From contig NZ_CAXHZL010000006.1 of the NCBI RefSeq assembly GCF_964022235.1, forward strand, positions 65,300-129,299: DNA of 64,000 nt. The letters are read 5' to 3'. Below the pieces are notes generated by a model. It was not told the DNA's origin and did not search any database. It worked only from the letters and a program-made list of their open reading frames with translations. Position numbers and translations under genes: made by a program. The stretch comes from an uncultured Limimaricola sp. (GTDB taxonomy: Bacteria > Pseudomonadota > Alphaproteobacteria > Rhodobacterales > Rhodobacteraceae). Below are positions 50,500 to 60,359 of this stretch, in pieces. How positions within the stretch are numbered: position 1 is the first letter of the stretch; the number at the start of each line of letters is the position of its first letter.

Positions 50500-51447
50500 T
50501 CATTCGTAGAGAACGGCTTGGATCTCTTCGTCGTCGATGTTGGACTGGTCGTAGTAGAAAAAGCCCGTGTCGATGATCTCGGGCAGCTCTTCGCCATTGG
50601 TGACGGCGACGGCGGCCTTGACCGTCTCATAGCCGATGCCGATCGGGTTCTGGGTGATCGCGCCCGCCATCAGCCCTTCGCGGATCGCGTCGGTCTGGGC
50701 CTTGCCGGAATCGTAGCCGATCACGGTCAGCCCCTCGCTTCCCATCTCGCGCACCGCGTTGACCACGCCGATGGCCGAGCCTTCGTTGGTGCCGAACATG
50801 CCGTCGAGGTCGGGGTTGGCGGTCAGGATCGCCTTGGCGACCTCGGTGGACTGCAGCTGATCGCCCTGGCCGTATTGGACGGAGACCACCTCGATTTCGG
50901 GGTATTCGCTCTCCATCCGGTTCAGAAATCCGTCGCGCCGGTCGATGCCGGTGCGGCTGGTCTGGTCGTGGGCCACGACGGCGACCTTGCCCGCGCCGCC
51001 GATCAGCTCTGCCATCTTGTCGGCGGCGAGGGCTGCCGCCGCGACGTTGTCGGTGGTCGCGGTGGTGACGGGGATGTCGCTGTCGACGCCGCTGTCGAAG
51101 GCGACGATCGGGATGCCCGCCTCGGAGGCCTGCCGCAAAAGCGGGATCGCGGCCTGGCTGTCGAGGGCGGCGAAACCCACGGCGGCAGGATTGTTGGCCA
51201 ACGCCGCGGCGAGCATGTCGATCTGGCGATCGACCATCGTCTCGTTGTCGGGTCCCTCGAAGGTGATGCGCACGCCGAACTCCTCGGCGGCCTTGTCGGC
51301 ACCCGATTTCACGGCCTGCCAGAACTGGTGCTGGAAGCCCTTGGAGATCAGCGGAATGTACATCTCGTCCTGCGCGAAGGCGGCGGGTGCCGCGCCCAGC
51401 GTGAGCGTGGCCCCGAGTACGGCGACCAGTGAGCGACGTGACAGCAT
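50500..51447 (-). CDS. Monosaccharide ABC substrate-binding protein (RbsB-like, CUT2)
   Basis: 315 aa, signal peptide MLSRRSLVAVLGATLTLGAAPAAFAQ, type-I PBP fold. Confidence 0.85.
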   Translation of the reverse strand: MLSRRSLVAVLGATLTLGAAPAAFAQDEMYIPLISKGFQHQFWQAVKSGADKAAEEFGVRITFEGPDNETMVDRQIDMLAAALANNPAAVGFAALDSQAAIPLLRQASEAGIPIVAFDSGVDSDIPVTTATTDNVAAAALAADKMAELIGGAGKVAVVAHDQTSRTGIDRRDGFLNRMESEYPEIEVVSVQYGQGDQLQSTEVAKAILTANPDLDGMFGTNEGSAIGVVNAVREMGSEGLTVIGYDSGKAQTDAIREGLMAGAITQNPIGIGYETVKAAVAVTNGEELPEIIDTGFFYYDQSNIDDEEIQAVLYE

Positions 51448-51514
51448 GTGGTTTCTCCTCCCTTGGATGTTGTGGCGCGCAGGCGTCCTTGCGCGTTTGC
51501 GCCGGTCGTTAACT

Positions 51515-52519
51515 TCAGGCCCTCTTGCGCCGGATCATGTCGGCATAGACGGCGAGAATGATGATCGAGCCGGTGACGACGGTCTGCCACTCCTGCGCGA
51601 CCGACAGCACGCGCAGCCCGTTGGTGAGCACCGCCATGATCAGCGCCCCGATGAGCGAGCCGATGATCGTGCCGCGTCCGCCCGAAAGCGAGGTGCCACC
51701 GATGACGACCGCCGCGATGGCCTCGAGCTCGTAGCCCAAACCCAATGCGGGCTGCGCCGAGTTCAGCCGCGAGGCGATCAGCAGGCCCGCGATGCCGACG
51801 ATGGCCCCGGACAGCGCGTAGATCGCCATTTTCCAGCGGTCGGTGTTGACACCCGACAGCCGAACCGCTTCCTCGTTCGACCCCAGCGCGAAGCAGTAGC
51901 GCCCGAGTACGGTGCGCCCGAGGATGTAGGAGGCGGCTGCGGCGACGAGAAACAGGATCAGCACGCCGTTGGGGATCGGCAGAAAGGGCAGCAGATCGCC
52001 GATGATCGAGCCGCGCGAAATCTCGGAAAAGCCGGGTGTGTCGTTGAAGTAGATCGGCCGCGTGCCCGAGATCACGAGGCTGAGACCCTTGAGGATCAGC
52101 ATCATCCCGAGCGTGGCGATAAAGGGCGGGATCTTCATCTTGGCCACGAAGGTGCCCGAGCAGAGCCCGGCCAGCGCGCCGGTGCCGATCGCCGCGACGA
52201 CGCCCAGAAGCAGCGGCAGGCCGAGATAGGTCAGCACCACGCCGGTGATCACCGCGCAGAAGGTCATCATCGTACCAACCGACAGATCGATGCCGCCGGT
52301 GATGATCACCAGCGTCACCGCCACGGCGAGCACGCCATTGACCGAGGTCGCCTGCAGGATGGCGATCATGTTCGACATCTGCATGAAGTTGGGCGAGGCG
52401 ATCGAAAAGCCGATCAGCAGCAAGATCAGGCTGGCGAAGGCAAGCAGCTTTTGATGCGCGCCAGTGGCGATGAGCCGGGCAAGCGGCGATTTCGGGGCGT
52501 TGGTGGTCGTGGTGGTCAT
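51515..52519 (-). CDS. Monosaccharide ABC permease (RbsC-like)
   Basis: 334 aa, polytopic, CUT2 permease pattern. Confidence 0.85.
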   Translation of the reverse strand: MTTTTTNAPKSPLARLIATGAHQKLLAFASLILLLIGFSIASPNFMQMSNMIAILQATSVNGVLAVAVTLVIITGGIDLSVGTMMTFCAVITGVVLTYLGLPLLLGVVAAIGTGALAGLCSGTFVAKMKIPPFIATLGMMLILKGLSLVISGTRPIYFNDTPGFSEISRGSIIGDLLPFLPIPNGVLILFLVAAAASYILGRTVLGRYCFALGSNEEAVRLSGVNTDRWKMAIYALSGAIVGIAGLLIASRLNSAQPALGLGYELEAIAAVVIGGTSLSGGRGTIIGSLIGALIMAVLTNGLRVLSVAQEWQTVVTGSIIILAVYADMIRRKRA

Positions 52520-52520
52520 C

Positions 52521-54035
52521 TCATCCCTCCGCCAGCGCAGACTCGCGCCGTGTCGCCAATTCCATGATCGTCTCTTGAGTGGTCGCGGCCCCGCCCGGCA
52601 GGATGCCGGTCAGCCGTCCCTCGCACATCACCGCGATGCGGTGGCTGAGCCGCATCACCTCAGGCAGTTCGGACGAGATCACGATGATCGCCCGGCCCTG
52701 CGCCGCGAGATCCTCGAGCAGGGCGTAGATCTCGGATTTCGCGCCCACGTCGATGCCGCGCGTCGGCTCGTCGAAGATCAGGATGTCGCAATCGCGCAGC
52801 AGCCACTTGGCGATGACCACCTTTTGCTGGTTGCCCCCCGACAGCAGCCGCACCTCCTGCGTGTCCGAGGGCGTGCGGATGCCGAGGCGCGCGATGTAGT
52901 CCTGCGCCGTGCGCTTCATCGCCGCCTCGTCGAGCACGCCCGTGCGGGAGGTGAACCGCGCAAGGCTCGCCATCGCGATGTTGGCGCGCAGCGTCATGTC
53001 GGTGGCGAGGCCGAAGTGCTTGCGGTCCTCCGACAGGTAGCCGATGCCCGCGCGCACCGCGTCGTTGGGGCTGCGGATGTCGCAGGGTTTGCCGTCCACG
53101 ATGATGTCGCCGGCCTCGCGCGGATCGGCGCCAAAGATGATGCGCGCCACCTCGGTGCGACCGGCCCCCATCAACCCGGCAAAACCGAGGATCTCGCCCT
53201 TGCGCAGGGAAAAGCTTACGTCGCGCACCTCTCGGCCCCGGGTCAGCCCGCGCACCTCGAGCGCCATCGGCTGATGCGCGGTGTCGGGGATGACTGGCAC
53301 GGCCTGCGTCACCTCGCGGCCCACCATCATGCGGATGATCTCCGACAGCGGCGTCGAAGCGGCATCGACTGTGTCGATATAGGCGCCGTCGCGCAGGATG
53401 GTGACGCGGTCGGCGATGCGCTTGATCTCGTCCATCTTGTGGCTGATGTAGACCACGCCCACGCCGTCGGCCTTGAGCTTGGTGATCACCCTGAACAGCT
53501 CGGCAATCTCGGCATCGTTGAGCGCGGCCGTCGGCTCGTCCATGATCAGAACGCGCGGCGCGTAGGACAGCGCCTTGGCGATTTCGATCAATTGCTGCCG
53601 CGCGATGGTCTGGTGGCCTACCGGGGCGCGCGGGTCGAGATCGAGGTTGAGCGAGGCAAAGATCTTGGCGGTGCGCCGGTTCAGCTCAGCTTCGTCCAGA
53701 CGCCCGAAGCGACGGCGCGGCTCGCGGCCGATGAGTACGTTCTGCGCGGCGGTGAGGTCGTTCATCAGGCTGAGTTCCTGATGGATGATGCCGATCCCGA
53801 GGGCTTGGGCCGCGCGCGGCCCCTCGGGGGTGACGGGGCGGCCATCGACGAACATCTCGCCGCCGTCGCGCGGATAAATGCCGGACATGATCTTCATCAG
53901 GGTCGATTTGCCGGCCCCGTTCTCGCCCATCAGCGCATGAACCTCACCGGGCTTGAGATCGAAGCTCACGTCCCGGAGCGCGTAAACGCCCGGAAACCGC
54001 TTCTCGATTCCCCTCATCTCAACCAGATACGTCAT
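52521..54035 (-). CDS. Monosaccharide ABC ATP-binding protein, two ABC domains (RbsA-like)
   Basis: I prefer the ATG at 54035 ([14 protein letters not shown]). GENGAGKST and LSGGNQQKV motifs. Confidence 0.88.
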   Translation of the reverse strand: MTYLVEMRGIEKRFPGVYALRDVSFDLKPGEVHALMGENGAGKSTLMKIMSGIYPRDGGEMFVDGRPVTPEGPRAAQALGIGIIHQELSLMNDLTAAQNVLIGREPRRRFGRLDEAELNRRTAKIFASLNLDLDPRAPVGHQTIARQQLIEIAKALSYAPRVLIMDEPTAALNDAEIAELFRVITKLKADGVGVVYISHKMDEIKRIADRVTILRDGAYIDTVDAASTPLSEIIRMMVGREVTQAVPVIPDTAHQPMALEVRGLTRGREVRDVSFSLRKGEILGFAGLMGAGRTEVARIIFGADPREAGDIIVDGKPCDIRSPNDAVRAGIGYLSEDRKHFGLATDMTLRANIAMASLARFTSRTGVLDEAAMKRTAQDYIARLGIRTPSDTQEVRLLSGGNQQKVVIAKWLLRDCDILIFDEPTRGIDVGAKSEIYALLEDLAAQGRAIIVISSELPEVMRLSHRIAVMCEGRLTGILPGGAATTQETIMELATRRESALAEG

Positions 54036-54084
54036 GCGAAAGAGCCCTCCCAAACCCGCATCGCCAGCCTGCCTCAGCCCGCCC

Positions 54085-55602
54085 TCACATCACCGCGCCG
54101 ATCTGCCACGGCACGAACTCCACGCCGCCAAAGCCCAGCTCCTCGCTCTTGGTGCGCTCGCCCGAGGCCACGCGGATGAACAGCTCGAAGATCTCGCGGC
54201 CCTTGTCCTCGATCGACACCCCCTCGGTGACGATGTCGCCGCAGTTGACGTCCATGTCCTCGCGCATCCGCGCATACATCTCGGAGTTGGTGGCGATCTT
54301 GATGCCCGGCGTCGGCATGTATCCCGAGACCGAGCCACGCCCGGTTGTAAAGGCGATCAGGTTCGCGCCCGATGCGATCTGGCCGGTGACCGAGCAGGGA
54401 TCGAAGCCGGGGCTGTCCATGAAGACAAAGCCCGCGCGGTCGATCTTTTCGCCGAAGAGATAGACCTCCGAGAGGGGCGCGCTGCCGCTCTTGGCTACGG
54501 CACCGAGCGATTTCTCGAGGATCGTGGTCAGACCGCCGCGCTTGTTGCCGGGAGAGGGGTTGTTGTCCATCTCGCCGCCGTTGCGGGCGCAGTAGTCCTC
54601 CCACCAGCGGACCCGGGCGACGAGCTTTTCACCCACCTCCGCCGTGACCGCCCGGCGCGTCAGCAGATGCTCGGCGCCATAGATCTCGGAGGTCTCGCTC
54701 AGGATCGTGGTGCCGCCGTGGCGCACCAGGAGGTCCGAGGCGGCCCCCAGCGCGGGGTTGGCGGTGATGCCCGAATAGCCGTCCGAGCCGCCGCATTGCA
54801 TCCCCACCATGATCTTCGAGACGGGGGCGGGCGCGCGGGTGGCTTGGCTCGCCTGAGCGGCGATGCCGCGCAACTCGCGCAGGCCTTTCTCGATGGTGGC
54901 ACGGGTGCCGCCCTCGGTCTGGATCGTCATGTAGCGCAGCGCGCCGTCGGCCCGGATCGGGCGACCTTCGACCAGCGAGGAGAGCTGCATTACCTCGCAG
55001 CCAAGCCCGATCAACAGGATGCCGCCAAAGTTGGGGTGCCGCGCATAGCCCTTGAGGGTGCGCGCCAGCGTGTCATAGCCCTCGTTCTCGCCCGACATGC
55101 CGCAACCGGTACCATGGGTGATCGGCACGATGCCGTCGATGCCCGGAAACGCCTGCAACAGACCCGATTTCTCGGCCGCTTCGGCGATGAATTTGGCCAC
55201 CGATCCCGAACAGTTCACCGTGGTCAGGATGCCGATGTAATTGCGCGTGCCGACGCTGCCGTCGGCGCGGTGGTAGCCTTGGAACGTCCGCGCCTCGTCG
55301 GCGTCGGGCAGGGCGTGGGCCCCGGCAGCGAAAGCGTAGTCCTGCGAGTGCGCCCCCATGCCGAGGTTGTGGCTATGGACATGCGCGCCGGCGGCGATGT
55401 TGCAGCTGGCCTGACCGATGGTCTGGCCATAGCGGATCACCTGCCCTCCCGCCGGGATCGGCGCCAACGCCATCTTGTGGCCGCGCGGGATTTCCTCGCG
55501 AGTGACAACGTCGCAAACGTCTTCGCCGGGCGGCAGCGCGGCGAGCGCGATGACCACGTTGTCGTGCGGATGCAGCCGAATGTGTCTGACGTTCCGGTAC
55601 AA
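54085..55602 (-). CDS. UxaA-family sugar-acid dehydratase (altronate/galactarate-dehydratase-like; SAF + UxaA_C domains)
   Basis: TTG start at 55602 with GGGAGGG 7 nt upstream. [20 protein letters not shown] is the SAF N-domain. 505 aa. Confidence 0.82.
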   Translation of the reverse strand: MYRNVRHIRLHPHDNVVIALAALPPGEDVCDVVTREEIPRGHKMALAPIPAGGQVIRYGQTIGQASCNIAAGAHVHSHNLGMGAHSQDYAFAAGAHALPDADEARTFQGYHRADGSVGTRNYIGILTTVNCSGSVAKFIAEAAEKSGLLQAFPGIDGIVPITHGTGCGMSGENEGYDTLARTLKGYARHPNFGGILLIGLGCEVMQLSSLVEGRPIRADGALRYMTIQTEGGTRATIEKGLRELRGIAAQASQATRAPAPVSKIMVGMQCGGSDGYSGITANPALGAASDLLVRHGGTTILSETSEIYGAEHLLTRRAVTAEVGEKLVARVRWWEDYCARNGGEMDNNPSPGNKRGGLTTILEKSLGAVAKSGSAPLSEVYLFGEKIDRAGFVFMDSPGFDPCSVTGQIASGANLIAFTTGRGSVSGYMPTPGIKIATNSEMYARMREDMDVNCGDIVTEGVSIEDKGREIFELFIRVASGERTKSEELGFGGVEFVPWQIGAVM

Positions 55603-55662
55603 GCGCCAGCCCTCCCAAGCCTGCGTCCCCGACGGAAGCCTAGGATTGACTTGCCCGACCTG

Positions 55663-55682
55663 TCAACTAGCATGTCAGTTGA
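55663..55682. promoter_or_regulatory. Inverted repeat TCAACT-N8-AGTTGA in the divergent promoter region (candidate GntR operator)
   Basis: Seen 10 nt upstream of the GntR ATG. Overlaps the tandem motif TGTCAACT/TGTCAGTT. Confidence 0.3.
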
Positions 55683-55691
55683 GGGGGAAGC

Positions 55692-56390
55692 ATGGGTCAC
55701 GCCAGTCGGAGGATCAGCATCGAAGGCCGCGCGGGCTCGCTGACACAGCGGGTGTTCCAAGCGCTGCGCGAAGGCATTCTCGACCTGTCCTTTCCGCCGG
55801 GCACGGTGCTGCGCAAGGGCGTACTGTGCGAGGCCTTGGGCGTATCGCGCTCACCGGTGACCGAAGCGTTGGCCCGACTTTCGGCCGAGGGGCTGGTGGA
55901 TATCGTGCCGCAATCGGCGACGCGGGTGTCGCGCTTCTCGATGTCGGTGATCCGCGAGGAATCCTTCCTGCGCGAGGCGGTGGAACTGGCCGCCGTCGCC
56001 CGCGTCGCCGAGACCCGGAACGCGGCGCAGCTCACGGCACTGTCGCGTAACCTGCGGCTTCAAGCGCTGTTGATCGAGGATGGCGATTACGTCGGACTGT
56101 TCGAAGCCGACGAGGCGTTTCATGGGCTGATCCTTGATGCCACCGGGTTTCCACACGTTGCCTCCACGGTGGGGCAGATGTCGCAGCAGCTGCGCCGCGC
56201 CCGGATCCTGCTGATGCCGGAGACCGGCCGCCCGGCCGAAACGGTGGCCGAGCACGAGGACATTCTGGCCGCGATCCGCGACCGCGACCCTGTCGCCGCA
56301 CGCGCCGCGATGGCGCGGCATCTGGGCCAGCTCATTTCGCGTATCGTGCCGCTGGAGCGCGCCCATCCCGATTACTTCCGCGCCCCCTGA
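55692..56390 (+). CDS. GntR/FadR-family transcriptional regulator
   Basis: 232 aa. HTH LCEALGVSRSPVTEALARLSAEGLV plus an FCD domain. Confidence 0.85.
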   Translation: MGHASRRISIEGRAGSLTQRVFQALREGILDLSFPPGTVLRKGVLCEALGVSRSPVTEALARLSAEGLVDIVPQSATRVSRFSMSVIREESFLREAVELAAVARVAETRNAAQLTALSRNLRLQALLIEDGDYVGLFEADEAFHGLILDATGFPHVASTVGQMSQQLRRARILLMPETGRPAETVAEHEDILAAIRDRDPVAARAAMARHLGQLISRIVPLERAHPDYFRAP

Positions 56391-56399
56391 GGAGAGATC

Positions 56400-57446
56400 A
56401 TGAAGATCACGGATACGGTTTCGCTCAATGACCGCGCTGCCACGCCGATCCTGCTTACGCGGATGGGCTTTGGCGGAGCGCCCTTGGGCAACCTCTACCG
56501 GCCCATCGCCGAGGCCGACGCGCAGGCGACGCTGCAGGCGGCGTGGGACGCGGGCATCCGATACTTCGACACCGCGCCGCAATACGGGCTGGGCCGGTCC
56601 GAGACCCGCTTTGCCCCGGCGCTCGAACGCTTCGGCCGCGACCGGCTGACGCTCTCGACCAAGATCGGCCGGGTGCTGGTCGATTGTGCACCTGATGAGG
56701 TGACGCCAGAGGCCTTTGTCGATGTGCCGCAAAAGCGGATCGTCTTCGATTATACCTATGACGGCGTGATGCGCAGCTTCGACGACAGCCGGGCCCGGCT
56801 TGGTGTCGAGCGGGCCGAAATCCTGCTCATCCATGACATCGACGCGGGTACGCATGGGGCCGAGGCCAGCGAGGACAAGCTGCGCGAGCTGTTCTCGGGC
56901 GGCGGCTACCGCGCCATGAGCGAGCTTCGCGACGCGGGCCTCGTCGGGGCGATCGGCGCCGGGGTGAACGCCTGGGAGATCTGCGAGCGGCTGCTGGGCG
57001 AGGCGGAGTTCGACGCCTTCCTGCTCGCGGGGCGCTACACGCTGCTGGAGCAGCAGGCTCTGGAGAGCTTCCTGCCGCTTTGCGTCGCGCGCGATGTCGG
57101 GATCATCCTCGGCGGACCCTACAATTCGGGCATCCTTGCCACCGGCGCGGTACCGGGCGCGCATTACGATTACGCCGCCGCGCCGGCACCGATCATGGAG
57201 CAGGTACGACGCATCGAGACCGTCTGCGCGGCGCATGACACGCCGCTTATCGCCGCGGCTTTGCAGTTCCCGCTGGCGCATCCTGCGGTGCGTTGCGTCA
57301 TTCCCGGCGCTTCGACGCCGGATGAGGTGCGCGCCAATGTCGCGGTGTTCGAAACACCCGTGCCCGCCGCCCTGTGGTCCGACCTGCGCGCCGAGGGTCT
57401 GATCCGCCCCGACGCCCCCATCCCAGGAGAGAGCCATGCTGCGTAA
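56400..57446 (+). CDS. Aldo/keto reductase (D-threo-aldose / L-fucose 1-dehydrogenase-like)
   Basis: 348 aa. GFGGAPLGNLY and YFDTAPQYGLGRSE motifs. Confidence 0.8.
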   Translation: MKITDTVSLNDRAATPILLTRMGFGGAPLGNLYRPIAEADAQATLQAAWDAGIRYFDTAPQYGLGRSETRFAPALERFGRDRLTLSTKIGRVLVDCAPDEVTPEAFVDVPQKRIVFDYTYDGVMRSFDDSRARLGVERAEILLIHDIDAGTHGAEASEDKLRELFSGGGYRAMSELRDAGLVGAIGAGVNAWEICERLLGEAEFDAFLLAGRYTLLEQQALESFLPLCVARDVGIILGGPYNSGILATGAVPGAHYDYAAAPAPIMEQVRRIETVCAAHDTPLIAAALQFPLAHPAVRCVIPGASTPDEVRANVAVFETPVPAALWSDLRAEGLIRPDAPIPGESHAA

Positions 57447-57867
57447 CCTGCCCCCGATCCTGTCGCCCGACATCCTGTGGAGCCTTCGGGCCATGGGGCA
57501 TGGCGACGAGATCGTCATCGCCGACGCCAACTTTCCGGCCGAAGGCTTGGGTCCGCGCTGTCACAGGCTCGACGGGATCAGCGCCACCGATCTTCTGGAG
57601 GCGGTGCTCACGGTGATGCCGCTGGATGATTTCGTACCCGATCCGGCATTGGTGATGCAGGTGGTGGGCGACGCGCAGGCGGTGCCGGAGGTGGTGACCG
57701 CGTTCCAGCGCATTATCGACCGGGTTGCCGATACACCCGCGCCGATCGCCAGCCTCGAGCGGTTCGACTTCTACGCCCGCGCCAAGGGGGCCTTCGCGGT
57801 GGTCCAGACCGGCGAGGCGCGGCTCTATGGCAATATCATCGTCAAGAAAGGGGTGATCGCCGGCTGA
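57436..57867 (+). CDS. fucU: RbsD/FucU-family mutarotase (L-fucose mutarotase-like)
   Basis: 143 aa. LWSLRAMGHGDEIVIADANFP motif. Overlaps the AKR gene by 11 nt. Confidence 0.85.
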   Translation: MLRNLPPILSPDILWSLRAMGHGDEIVIADANFPAEGLGPRCHRLDGISATDLLEAVLTVMPLDDFVPDPALVMQVVGDAQAVPEVVTAFQRIIDRVADTPAPIASLERFDFYARAKGAFAVVQTGEARLYGNIIVKKGVIAG

Positions 57868-58248
57868 TCTTCGGGTGCGTCCGGCACTCGGGGCGCGGAA
57901 CCTCTGGGCCGACGGGCCGAACGCGGCTTTGGTTCGGGGCAGGTGCTGGAGGCTTGCGAGGTGCAGGATCTGACATTGCGACAGGTCGAGGGGGTGCGCC
58001 GTATCCACTAACGCTGGCCCGTTCTTTGCATCGATTTCAACACTCTCAGAATCAGGAAGATCTGGCGCGGCGCGATCAGTTCGGATCGGGATAATCTGTG
58101 GCACCTACGATGCGGCACGCTTGCCAGCGCGCTGTCACTGGTGCTTTTCTTGGCGGTGCTCTTCATTCTCCTTGGCCCAACCCCGATCTGGGACAACAGG
58201 CGCGCTCGCAAGGCAAATTCGCACCTCGGCGGCGATGGGATCTGACCC

Positions 58249-59100
58249 ATGCAAGGTAATATATCCATGAACCTCAACACCCTGCGACTGGGACTGATCG
58301 GCGACAACATCCACGCCTCGCGCTCACCGCTATTGCATCGCCTCGCGGGTGAGATGCTGGGGAGGCCTACCACTTACGACAGCCTGATCCCCGCCGAGTT
58401 GGGGCAGGATTTCCATGAGGTTTTCGCAAACTGCGCGCGCGACTATCGCGGCATCAACGTGACCTATCCCTATAAGGAAGTGGCCGCGCGCAAGGTGGTG
58501 GTGGACGACCCGCTGGTGCACGGCATCGGTGCGGTCAACACCGTGCTGTTCGAGCCGGAGGGCCCCAAGGGGCACAACACCGATTATTCGGGATTCCGGG
58601 CGGCCTATGCGCGGGTGCGCGGTGACACCTCCCCCGGCACGGTGCTGATGATCGGCACCGGCGGGGTAGGCCGTGCCGTGGCCTTCGGTCTCGCGGGACT
58701 GGGGGCCGCCGCCCTGCGAGTGGTTGATCAAGATTGCGCCAAGGCCGAGACGCTGGCAGCCGAGTTGCGCGCCGTTGCCCCCGGGCGAACGGTGGAGGTG
58801 TACCGCGATGCGGTTCTGGCGGCACATGACGCGGACGGGCTGATCAACTGCACCCCCGTCGGCATGGAGGGCTATCCCGGCACGCCGTTGCCCCAGACGG
58901 CGATGGCTCGGGCCTCGTGGGCCTTCGACGCGGTCTATACCCCCGAGCACACGCAGTTTCTGACCGAAGCCAAAGCCTCGGGGCTGCAGATCATCTCGGG
59001 TTGGGAGCTTTACTTCTATCAGGGTGTTCATGCCTCGCGGCTCTTCACCGGTCGCTGTCTTGACGAAGATCTCCTGCGCGCCCGTTTGAGGGAGGACTGA
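58249..59100 (+). CDS. Shikimate/quinate dehydrogenase-family protein
   Basis: IHASRSPLLH, NVTYPYKE, NTDYSGF and GTGGVGRAV motifs. An alternative start at 58267 is possible. Confidence 0.82.
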   Translation: MQGNISMNLNTLRLGLIGDNIHASRSPLLHRLAGEMLGRPTTYDSLIPAELGQDFHEVFANCARDYRGINVTYPYKEVAARKVVVDDPLVHGIGAVNTVLFEPEGPKGHNTDYSGFRAAYARVRGDTSPGTVLMIGTGGVGRAVAFGLAGLGAAALRVVDQDCAKAETLAAELRAVAPGRTVEVYRDAVLAAHDADGLINCTPVGMEGYPGTPLPQTAMARASWAFDAVYTPEHTQFLTEAKASGLQIISGWELYFYQGVHASRLFTGRCLDEDLLRARLRED

Positions 59101-59440
59101 ACATACACCGTTCCATCGCCTGCGCTTCCGTGCCCGGCAAACTGCGCGAAAAGCCTGAGGCCGTTGCGGCGGCGGGGCTCGACTGGATCGAAATTTCCGG
59201 GCGGGGTTTCATCGCCAAGGCCGGTAGCCCCGCCGAGACCACGGAGCACTGATCGTGATCTTCCAGCCGTTTCGTGATTTCGAGAGCCAACCTGTGCGCG
59301 CCGCGCCAAGGCCTTCGACTGGTCCGAGCGCAAGTTCGACCTGATGCAGGGGCTAGGCACCAATCAGATGTTGGTCTGTTCCTTGGGGACGCCGAGGCGG
59401 CAGGGGGCATCGACCGCGGCAACCGATGCTCAGGCCAGAT
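59097..59440 (+). pseudogene. Decayed 5' fragment of a 3-dehydroshikimate dehydratase / HPPD-like (sugar-phosphate isomerase fold) gene
   Basis: My translation gives three pieces in three different frames. First (L)NIHRSIACASVPGKLREKPEAVAAAGLDWIEIS...stop, then IVIFQPFRDFESQP, then AFDWSERKFDLMQGLGTNQMLVCS. They are separated by a stop and frameshifts. There is no ATG, and the reading frame is cut off by the 3' end of pip. Confidence 0.6.
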
Positions 59441-60359
59441 CGGCGATTGCCGAGCGCAGGGCCTCAACGGTGCCGCCGTCGCCCATCGCATGGCCCGCGT
59501 CGGGCACATCCACAATCCGGGCGCGGCCCCAATCGTGGGCGAGCATATGTGACGTGGCAGGCGGGCACAGCAGGTCGTAGCGCGCCTGCACGATCACGCC
59601 GGGAACGTCGCGCAGCCTTCCCACCCGCGACAGCAGCGGCGCATCGAGAAAGCAGTCGTTTCGAAAGTAGTGCGCTTCCATGAAGGGGGTGGCAGGCAGG
59701 CCGCGGGCGGGGTCGTCGAGGCTTGCAAGGTCGAGCCGGGTGGCGGTCGGGCGAAGCTGCGACAAGATCCGTTCGGTGTCGTGCCACGCCCAAGCGGCCG
59801 CACGGTAGCGCGCGGGGTCGGGATCGAGGATGCGCGCCCAGTAGGCACCCAGAGGATCGGCGTGTTCGGGCGGCATCAGCAGCGACAGGAAGTCGGCCCA
59901 AAGGCCGGGGTAAAAGCGCGGCAGCGTGTCGAGAAACACCGTCTCCAGTTCGGCCCGCGTGCCAAGAAACACCGAGCGCAGCACCAGGCCGCGCACTCGG
60001 TCCGGGTGCGCCTGCGCATAGGCCAGCGCCAGCGTCGCGCCCCACGATCCGCCCACAACGAGCCAGCGCTCGATGCCGAACCGCACGCGCAGACGCTCGA
60101 TGTCGGCCACTAGATGCGCGGTGGTGTTGGCCTCGCGACAGCGCCGGGGCCTGGAGCGGCCCGCGCCACGCTGATCGAAGAGCAGCAGGCGGGTATTGGG
60201 GCCGAACAGCGCGCGATGCGCGGGTTGGCAGCCGCTGCCCGGGCCGCCGTGCAGGAACACCGCCGGGGGGGAACTTTCGGGGCCGGTCAGTTCCGCATAG
60301 ACCTCGTGCCCGTCGCTCATCGGCACATGGCCCGCGAAGTCAGGCTCAGCCATCGTCAT
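59430..60359 (-). CDS. pip: Prolyl aminopeptidase (proline iminopeptidase, S33 alpha/beta hydrolase)
   Basis: 309 aa. VFLHGGPGSG, LFDQRGAGRS and GGSWGATLALAYA (nucleophile elbow) motifs. Overlaps the pqqE 3' end by 14 nt. Confidence 0.85.
   Translation of the reverse strand: MTMAEPDFAGHVPMSDGHEVYAELTGPESSPPAVFLHGGPGSGCQPAHRALFGPNTRLLLFDQRGAGRSRPRRCREANTTAHLVADIERLRVRFGIERWLVVGGSWGATLALAYAQAHPDRVRGLVLRSVFLGTRAELETVFLDTLPRFYPGLWADFLSLLMPPEHADPLGAYWARILDPDPARYRAAAWAWHDTERILSQLRPTATRLDLASLDDPARGLPATPFMEAHYFRNDCFLDAPLLSRVGRLRDVPGVIVQARYDLLCPPATSHMLAHDWGRARIVDVPDAGHAMGDGGTVEALRSAIADLA

Noticed and set aside
50945-55743. 540-, 571- and 569-aa plus-strand ORFs (50945..52567, 52464..54179, 54034..55743)
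   Set aside because: Antisense to the RbsB/C/A-like and UxaA-like genes. Same GC-driven artefact.
55851-57530. 559-aa minus-strand ORF
   Set aside because: Antisense to the GntR and aldo/keto reductase genes. No motifs.
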